Shown in pieces: positions 58,401 to 64,000 of a DNA stretch of 64,000 nucleotides; position 1 is the first letter of the stretch; the number at the start of each line of letters is the position of its first letter. Made by a program: the position numbers and the translations under genes. The notes under the pieces were generated by a model. The model saw nothing but the letters and a program-made list of their open reading frames with translations, was not told the DNA's origin and ran no database searches. This DNA comes from Candidatus Shapirobacteria bacterium (GTDB lineage: Bacteria; Patescibacteriota; Microgenomatia; UBA12405), in assembly GCA_028704885.1 (NCBI GenBank), contig JAQWEN010000001.1, forward strand, positions 109,172-173,171, given 5' to 3'.

Positions 58401-61400
58401 GATGACACTTTTATGAGGTATGACACGATGACTGATAATTGGGAAATATTAGAAAATATTAATTTTGGAGCGCCAACAGAACAATTAAATAACAATGTTT
58501 ATGATGGAGCCGATTTGGTTTTTGACGGTAATCATAATATTTATGCCACTCAGGGTGGAAGCCGAACTGGATTTGCAGCTTACAACATTAGCAGCGGTAA
58601 ATGGAGTCAATTGGAAAATCTGCCGGTGATTGCAGGACCAGGATCTCAAATAGAATATGATTCGGATACTAATGCAATTTATTATGTGTCTGGTTCTAGT
58701 AAAACTTTTTTCTATAAATATAGTCTAGAAACAAGAAGTTGGAGTGAATTGAATGAAGTACCAAATTTAGTTTCTGCTGGAGCGGCTCTTAAAAAGGTGG
58801 GAGGAAATTTATATTTGGCCATCGGTGGTGGAAGTGCCAATATGTATAAATATAATGTGGCCAAAAATGCCTGGTCGGTGCCAACCATGAATTTATTTGG
58901 TGGGTGGTTTAGAAATAGTTATAGTCGACCATTTGGAGCGGGGACAGATATTATCAAAGGGGATGGAGATAACTATTATATGACCAGAGGAAATTATGAT
59001 AATTTGTTTGCAAGATACAATTCTAAAACAGGGGAAATAACAAAAATGGCTGATGCACCAGCTGGTTTTACCAGTGGAGGCGACTTGGTTTATGAAAGTG
59101 TCCACAATAAAATTTATGCCGTAACTAATCCTTATTATCGAAAATTATTTATTTACGATGTGGCAACTGATGTATGGAGCGAAGAAATAGACGATCCGCC
59201 TCCGGTTGACCCGGCTGACGGTGGGGCGATGTCTTTTGATGGGTCTAGATATATTTATTGGACTAGAGGAATAGGTCAAAGTTTTTATAAATTTGATACT
59301 CAAGGAGTGGGAACTAGTAAATGGTCGGTTCAACCAAATGTACCTCTAGCAATCGGAGCTGGTGGAGATTTAGTAGCTAAAGGAGATTATGTTTATGCCT
59401 TGAGAGGAGCAACAACAAATGGATTTTTGAGATATACAATTGGGACGACAACATGGTCAGACGTAGCAGTGGCTGACTTACCGGCTGGAGTTAATGTGGC
59501 GGCTGATGGATTTTTGGTTGATTTAGGCGGTGATAAGTTGATGGCTTGTCGAGGAGCGACAACAACGGTTTGCTATGAATATTCAATTAGTGGTAATAAT
59601 TGGCAGTTAGTTAATGGAACTTTTGCTCCCTATATTTATGCTGGAGCGGCTGGAGCTAGCAATGGAGAAGGTCAGGCTTTTATAATACCAGGTAATGGAA
59701 ATTTAAATAGTTCAAGTAATGGATTATATGGATATATCAGCCAAAATGAAAATTCATCATTTGAAGAAAGTGGAAGTTATATAAGTCCGAGTCATGATTT
59801 AGGAATGGTTTACCGATTTGCCAATCTTAAGGTGGGAGTATCGATGGCAAATAATACTAATCTAGATGTTTACACTCGAACTTCAAATGATAATGTGACA
59901 TGGAATGATTGGACTGAGGCCAGTGATAAAAAAATAATTGGAAATGATTGGGTCTATAAAATTAATTCGAGCTCTGGGCGATATTTGATGGTAAAACTGA
60001 ATTTATCAACTGGGGATGGAATAAAAACAGGAATAATTAATGATTACCAGATCAGTTATTATCAAGATGAAATAGCGCCAAATAACCCAAGTGAATTAAA
60101 GGTTTATCAAAACTTAAATAAAGGAAGCACTTTAGTGTCTGGAGTTTGGAATAATAGCACGGCGCCTTATTTTGAATGGAATAATGGAAGCGATGGTGAA
60201 AGTGGATCAGGAGTGGCGGGATATTATACATATTTGGGGTTAGGGGAAACGGCTGATCCGGCAGTTTTAGGAACTTATACAACAGCGGTTAATTCTATTG
60301 GAGTAACACTAACTAGTGGTCAAACTTATTTTTTCAGATTAAAAACCAAAGATAATGCCAATAATGTTAGTAGTGAAGTAGGAACAACTTTTGTTTATAA
60401 ACTTGACAATACACCACCAACTAATCCAAATACGATTTCAGTTGATCCACCAGGTTATACGGCAACTAATAGTTTTAATTTCACTTGGTCATCGGCTACT
60501 GATGTTGGATCTTCGATTGGTTTTTATTGTTATAAGGTAGCTGTTGGAGGAAGCGAAACTTGTATCGAAGGAATAGGAACAACTGGAGTGAACGGAGTTC
60601 AGGCTTATCAAACAGGAACTAATACTTTTTATCTAAGAACAAAAGATATAGCCGGTAATTATGCTAGCGATTATGCCACGGCTAGTTTTTATTACAGTTC
60701 AATAGCTCCAGGAGCACCGAAAAATTTAGAAGTAGGGCCAACCAGTAATTCAATTAACGAGTTCTCATTTTCTTGGCAGGCACCAGATTTATTTTATGGT
60801 CAACAATCTGGTTTAAAATATTATTATTCGATTAATGAACAACCTAAAGCTTCTAATGTTAATAAAATTGGATTGGCGGCGACTTATTTATCAAAAGGAC
60901 CATATGCAACTAGAAGAGACAGTAATACTTTTTATGTAGTGGCGATGGATGAGGCCGGAAATATTGATTATAATAATTTTGTTTCGGTTGATTTTGAGGC
61001 AAAAACTTCAGCTCCGGGAATTCCTAAAAATATTGATATTTCTGATGTATCAGTGAAAGAAACAAAAAATTGGAGATTGGCTTTGGCTTGGGAAAGTCCG
61101 GAAGCTAGCGGATCAGGAATTGCCAATTATAAGGTTTATCGATCGGGTGATACTAATGCCAATTGTAGTACTAATATAAATGATTTTACTAGTATTTCTT
61201 CGACCAGCAGTGAATCTTTTGTAGATACAAATTTAAAACAAGCAAAATATTATTATTGTGTGACAGCTTGTGATTCAACTAGTGAATGTAGTGCACCGTC
61301 AAGTACAGTGTCTTTAACTCCTGATGGAAAATGGCGAGTGGCACCAACTTTATTAGATGGACCAAATGCATCGGTTAAAACTAAATCAGCAATCATAACT

Positions 61401-62570
61401 TGGACAACCAGCAGAACGGCAAGCTCTTTTGTGAAATATGGAAAAGGTTCTGGAGATTATGGTGACGAAGTGGGAACTTCAGATCAAATTAGTGCTCATG
61501 AAATTAGTTTGTCGGGTCTAGATCCAGGAACAACATATTATTACAAGACGTTATGGACTGATGAAGATGGAAATATGGGTGAATCAGCAGAACAAAGTTT
61601 CTCAACCAATGCGGCTCCTATGGTGTCGGCGGTAAAAGTAAATAATGTGAGTTTATATTCAGCTTATGTCGACTTTACTCTTAAAAATGCAGTTAAAGCG
61701 GTGGTTCAGTATGGAAAAACTAGTAGTTATGGAAGTAATCAGGAAATCACCACTTCAAAAACAGAGGGAAGTTATATGGTAAAAATTGAAGAATTAGAGG
61801 AAGGAACACCTTATCATTTAAGAATTCAGGCTTTGGACGAAGAGGGAAATATTTTTACTAGTGATGATTATGTTTTTGAAACTTTACCAGTGCCAAAACT
61901 TTTAGATATTAAAACTCAACAAGTTAAAGGAATGGCCACAGCAACTCTAAGAGTATTATGGAAATCAAATACTTCAGTAAGTTCAATAATGACATATTAC
62001 CCAAGTGGTAAAACAGAGATGGCTAAAGATCAAATTAAATTAACGTTAGCAAAAAGCCACGAAATGCTTTTAAGAGATTTGTATGACGACACTGAATATA
62101 CCTTAGTTTTTAAAGGAAGAGATGCCATGGGAAATAGTGCTGAAAATGTAACTTTGAAATTCAAAACATCAGCCGATATGAGACCGCCAGTAATTTCCGG
62201 TTTAAGGCTAGAGTCGGTGGTTGATGGAATCGGTGAAGAGGCAAAGGCTCAAGTGGTGGTTTATTGGAACACTGATGAACCGGCGACTTCACAAGTAGAA
62301 TATGGTCAGGGAACTGGGAGTGATTATCCAAGTAAAAGCCAAAAAGATTCTAAATTAACTTTGAATCACAGTTTAACAATTCCAGAATTAAAACCGTCAG
62401 AAGTTTATCACTTTAGAGTGGTGACTGAAGATAAAATTGGAAATATAAATATGTCTTACGACAATGTGGTGATAACTTCAAAAGAGACTAAATCTGCTTT
62501 AAACTTAGTAATTGAAAATTTATCTAAGAGTTTTGGGTTCGTCAGTAATTTATCGGGGGTAGCCAAATGA
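55437..62570 (+). CDS. Giant (2,377 aa) secreted protein with about 25 or more Kelch-like beta-propeller blade repeats and several fibronectin-III-like domains
   Basis: Signal peptide 'MKWSKVFLLAWIFFISSLISA'. Recurrent blades of about 48 aa: 'G(N/D)YIY...G.....F(Y/W)RYN....W'. FN3-like segments include 'APSNPTRVVGLSQQVSG...YYVYFG' and 'ASVKTKSAIITWTTSRTASSFVKYG...TTYYYKT'. Confidence 0.75.
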   Translation: MKWSKVFLLAWIFFISSLISARVFYSKFKTVFAAQKIITSRVDFDSGYFEGTESQSKEGDLKLKANGTWNPMVFKTPKVTLVNQSAITTDGKDVYLLAGGDRYFAKYISNEDRWLTLENAPHLVSNGADLVMLGNYIYAIYGSYTKNFSRYSIASNSWEEKSDMPDLSANGSTIETDGTYIYALRGGGNSDFWRYNPSNDKWSSLTAPPATISSGASLVYKDGYLYTARGASTQTFYRYNISSGVWSMMQNIPATVGSNHKSTVLGNYIYVNRDTNTNSFYRFNIGTTAWETIANLPQTAQYVGAVAVGDTATGFVYVFRGNTTYDFWKYNPRNNSFVGLNDLPGAPNTGADLLYMNNYVYFRRGASVNSFYRYNTAVGGTWVTMANAPATFADDTRGVKAGNYLYYLRGSGATTFYRYDPNSGVGGTWATMLGTPAALAIGAGGALAYPGSGNYIYATRGGSFKTFMRYTIGVGETWDDAVAADLPDNAESGYGSRLISDGTDIYYISGSGITKIYKYTIIDNTWTELGNLPFSPYYGTDISYYNGKIYALAGNLKADYWEYTISTNTWRLLPPIQNYGLTEIGVWNGGSIAGDGNGTFYIEAGNNNTRFFSYSVGANNYPTSGIWTSSTQDLNYVSSWAPMGIEANLPSGSGVIWETRTSSDRINWENWKTGVGTSITSTPNRYIQIRVTLTSDGNQSPTLNSININYNGDITAPSNPTRVVGLSQQVSGIGLTNGQTYAYLAPHFNWSGGSDIQTGISGYYVYFGPSAEADPEIEGSFRTEASYLVSDPMEQKAYYLRLKTVDGAGNKSEATTIFTYIYNGVSPPTILNQSLTSHFGLGTTSNVNISNDQIKLAAKSGFWQQERLGQLSGTINYGSGFAYSASRNKLYILKGNATSFYQYDLKTNVGSTLANAPAVAYHGSDLVEGPSGYLYALRGNNTNGFWCYDLANNTWSDVMAADTPQPVYYGGSLIFDGDRYIYALKGNTDDTFMRYDTMTDNWEILENINFGAPTEQLNNNVYDGADLVFDGNHNIYATQGGSRTGFAAYNISSGKWSQLENLPVIAGPGSQIEYDSDTNAIYYVSGSSKTFFYKYSLETRSWSELNEVPNLVSAGAALKKVGGNLYLAIGGGSANMYKYNVAKNAWSVPTMNLFGGWFRNSYSRPFGAGTDIIKGDGDNYYMTRGNYDNLFARYNSKTGEITKMADAPAGFTSGGDLVYESVHNKIYAVTNPYYRKLFIYDVATDVWSEEIDDPPPVDPADGGAMSFDGSRYIYWTRGIGQSFYKFDTQGVGTSKWSVQPNVPLAIGAGGDLVAKGDYVYALRGATTNGFLRYTIGTTTWSDVAVADLPAGVNVAADGFLVDLGGDKLMACRGATTTVCYEYSISGNNWQLVNGTFAPYIYAGAAGASNGEGQAFIIPGNGNLNSSSNGLYGYISQNENSSFEESGSYISPSHDLGMVYRFANLKVGVSMANNTNLDVYTRTSNDNVTWNDWTEASDKKIIGNDWVYKINSSSGRYLMVKLNLSTGDGIKTGIINDYQISYYQDEIAPNNPSELKVYQNLNKGSTLVSGVWNNSTAPYFEWNNGSDGESGSGVAGYYTYLGLGETADPAVLGTYTTAVNSIGVTLTSGQTYFFRLKTKDNANNVSSEVGTTFVYKLDNTPPTNPNTISVDPPGYTATNSFNFTWSSATDVGSSIGFYCYKVAVGGSETCIEGIGTTGVNGVQAYQTGTNTFYLRTKDIAGNYASDYATASFYYSSIAPGAPKNLEVGPTSNSINEFSFSWQAPDLFYGQQSGLKYYYSINEQPKASNVNKIGLAATYLSKGPYATRRDSNTFYVVAMDEAGNIDYNNFVSVDFEAKTSAPGIPKNIDISDVSVKETKNWRLALAWESPEASGSGIANYKVYRSGDTNANCSTNINDFTSISSTSSESFVDTNLKQAKYYYCVTACDSTSECSAPSSTVSLTPDGKWRVAPTLLDGPNASVKTKSAIITWTTSRTASSFVKYGKGSGDYGDEVGTSDQISAHEISLSGLDPGTTYYYKTLWTDEDGNMGESAEQSFSTNAAPMVSAVKVNNVSLYSAYVDFTLKNAVKAVVQYGKTSSYGSNQEITTSKTEGSYMVKIEELEEGTPYHLRIQALDEEGNIFTSDDYVFETLPVPKLLDIKTQQVKGMATATLRVLWKSNTSVSSIMTYYPSGKTEMAKDQIKLTLAKSHEMLLRDLYDDTEYTLVFKGRDAMGNSAENVTLKFKTSADMRPPVISGLRLESVVDGIGEEAKAQVVVYWNTDEPATSQVEYGQGTGSDYPSKSQKDSKLTLNHSLTIPELKPSEVYHFRVVTEDKIGNINMSYDNVVITSKETKSALNLVIENLSKSFGFVSNLSGVAK

Positions 62571-63376
62571 TGAATAAAAATAAAGAAATAATTTTAAAAA
62601 TTGAAAATGTAAAAATGGATTTTAATGTGGGAGGTCAAATTGTACCGGTATTAAAAGGAATTAGTTTAGATATCAACCAAGGCGACTTTGCAGTTATTTT
62701 TGGACCGTCTGGCTGTGGCAAATCAACCCTTTTACATTGTATTTTAGGAATGGAAAAACCAACTTCCGGAAAAGTTTTAATTGAGGGGACGGAAATGGGG
62801 GCAATGATTGAAGATGATGTGGTTAGGTTTAGAAAAACTAGAATTGGAATTGTGTTTCAGCAATCGATTTGGATCAAATCTTTAAATGTACTAGAGAATG
62901 TAAGTTTTCCTAATTTATTGAAAGGAATGACTAAAGAGGAGGCTCAAAGACTGGCATTAGAGACTCTTAAAGACGTTAAATTAGATAATTGGGCTAATTA
63001 TAATCCAAGTTCATTGTCTGGCGGTCAACAGCAAAGAGTAAGTTTAGCTAGAGCTTTAACTTTGGATCCAGCAATAATAGTAGCTGATGAACCAACGGGA
63101 AATTTAGATACAGTGGCTGGTGATGAATTGATAAATTTATTGGTAAATTTAAATAAAGAGAAAGGAAAAACAATTGTGATGGTTACCCATGATTTGGAAT
63201 ATTTAAAATTTGCCAATAAATTATTTCATATTATTGATGGTGAATTAGTGGAACAATTTGATAATGCTGGGGCAATAAAAATGTCAGGTTCTCTAAGAAC
63301 TAAAAAGGGAGAAAGAACACAAAAAACAGTTTGTCATAAGGATTATTTAGAATCTAAAGGTACAACATGCAAATAA
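62567..63376 (+). CDS. ABC transporter ATP-binding protein (MacB/LolD/FtsE-like)
   Basis: Walker A 'GPSGCGKSTLL'. ABC signature 'LSGGQQQRVSLARAL'. Walker B 'IIVADEPTGNLD'. H-loop 'MVTHD'. The start overlaps the giant-gene stop (ATGA). Confidence 0.85.
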   Translation: MMNKNKEIILKIENVKMDFNVGGQIVPVLKGISLDINQGDFAVIFGPSGCGKSTLLHCILGMEKPTSGKVLIEGTEMGAMIEDDVVRFRKTRIGIVFQQSIWIKSLNVLENVSFPNLLKGMTKEEAQRLALETLKDVKLDNWANYNPSSLSGGQQQRVSLARALTLDPAIIVADEPTGNLDTVAGDELINLLVNLNKEKGKTIVMVTHDLEYLKFANKLFHIIDGELVEQFDNAGAIKMSGSLRTKKGERTQKTVCHKDYLESKGTTCK

Positions 63377-64000
63377 TTAATAAAATAAAATCGTTTAGTT
63401 TAAAGGCATTTTTGGCTAGGTTTAAATCATCGGTTTTATTTATCTGGTCCAATATTGTATTTTTGGCAGTGCTTTTTGTTTATGTAATTAGAGGTTTGTT
63501 GAAATATTTTACGAGAATGAAATTGTTAGGGAAATTGTTTTTGCTAATAAAAACTGAAGTTTTGATTAATTTATTGACTAAATTAATGTATAAAATTGAT
63601 GTTAATGAAGATGGTGGAGTAACCAAAAGTTATTTAATAGAGTTGGCTTTTAGAAATATGAAAGCTAAAAGAAATAGGGCGATAGTGACAGTGGGAGGAG
63701 TCGCCTTAGGGGTAGGAGCAATTGTGTTTTTGGTGTCAATTGGCTATGGTTTGGAACAATTGGTAATTAGTAGAGTGGCAAAATTGGATGAATTAAAAAT
63801 AGCTGATGTAAGTTTGGGTAAAGCTTTAACTGTAAAACTTAATGATGAAACAATAGAAAAAATAAAATCTTTTAAAGATGTAGATCAGGTAATTCCGGTG
63901 GTATCGATGGTATCAAAAATAAATTACAATAATTCAGTTTTTGATGTAATGTCGTTTGGAGTAGACGAAAGATATATAAAAATGACCAATCCAGTATTTG
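63367..64000 (+). CDS. FtsX/MacB-type ABC transporter permease; 5' part, it continues beyond the window
   Basis: I translated from the ATG overlapping the ATPase stop. 'FRNMKAKRNRAIVTVGGVALGVGAIVFLVSIGYGLEQ' is the first TM and start of the periplasmic domain typical of the MacB/FtsX family. No stop codon before position 64000. Confidence 0.6.
   Translation, partial: MQIINKIKSFSLKAFLARFKSSVLFIWSNIVFLAVLFVYVIRGLLKYFTRMKLLGKLFLLIKTEVLINLLTKLMYKIDVNEDGGVTKSYLIELAFRNMKAKRNRAIVTVGGVALGVGAIVFLVSIGYGLEQLVISRVAKLDELKIADVSLGKALTVKLNDETIEKIKSFKDVDQVIPVVSMVSKINYNNSVFDVMSFGVDERYIKMTNPVF

Overview
The window looks like a segment of a low-GC, gene-dense genome in the style of the Candidate Phyla Radiation (Patescibacteria); standard-code ORFs are intact. 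There is no 16S rRNA gene; tRNA-Ile lies about 2.1 kb upstream of tRNA-Ala–23S–5S with two protein genes in between.

From 5' to 3' the window holds:
- a tandem array of six TrbC/VirB2-like pilin paralogs carrying a GDPKK motif;
- divergently from the pilins, a cluster of a 7-TM-like membrane protein, an ATP-grasp ligase fused to a RimB-type retropepsin-like domain, and two RimK-like ATP-grasp ligases;
- tRNA-Ile(GAT), a GH18 hydrolase and a DedA protein;
- a consensus-like sigma70 promoter followed by an intrinsic terminator about 130 nt downstream;
- tRNA-Ala(TGC), 23S and 5S rRNA;
- rpsA, radA, rho and a LysM-M23 peptidase;
- an O-antigen-ligase-like/TPR membrane protein and an Avd-like four-helix-bundle protein;
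- a TPR protein and a 3,895-aa giant surface protein that share a C-terminal domain ending in WWIIN. The giant protein has tail-fibre-like 'GIGTTNP' repeats and an internal S74-type intramolecular-chaperone domain;
- integrase N-terminal (SAM-like) domain repeats, one standalone and one fused to the giant protein;
- a HigB/HigA-like toxin–antitoxin pair;
- a 1,292-aa LamG/ConA-like giant protein with a small Ig-like partner;
- two Firmicutes-style WxL/DUF916-like surface-protein loci;
- ppdK, and a REP-associated tyrosine transposase (RAYT) interrupted in-frame by an inverted pair of GC-rich REP-like hairpins;
- comEA and a comEC split into two ORFs;
- a 2,377-aa Kelch/FN3 giant protein coupled to a MacB-type ABC transporter.

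Two families of short palindromic repeats pervade the window. One is RPE-like, at least 12 copies, several inserted in-frame into genes including radA. The other is MITE-like, six copies.
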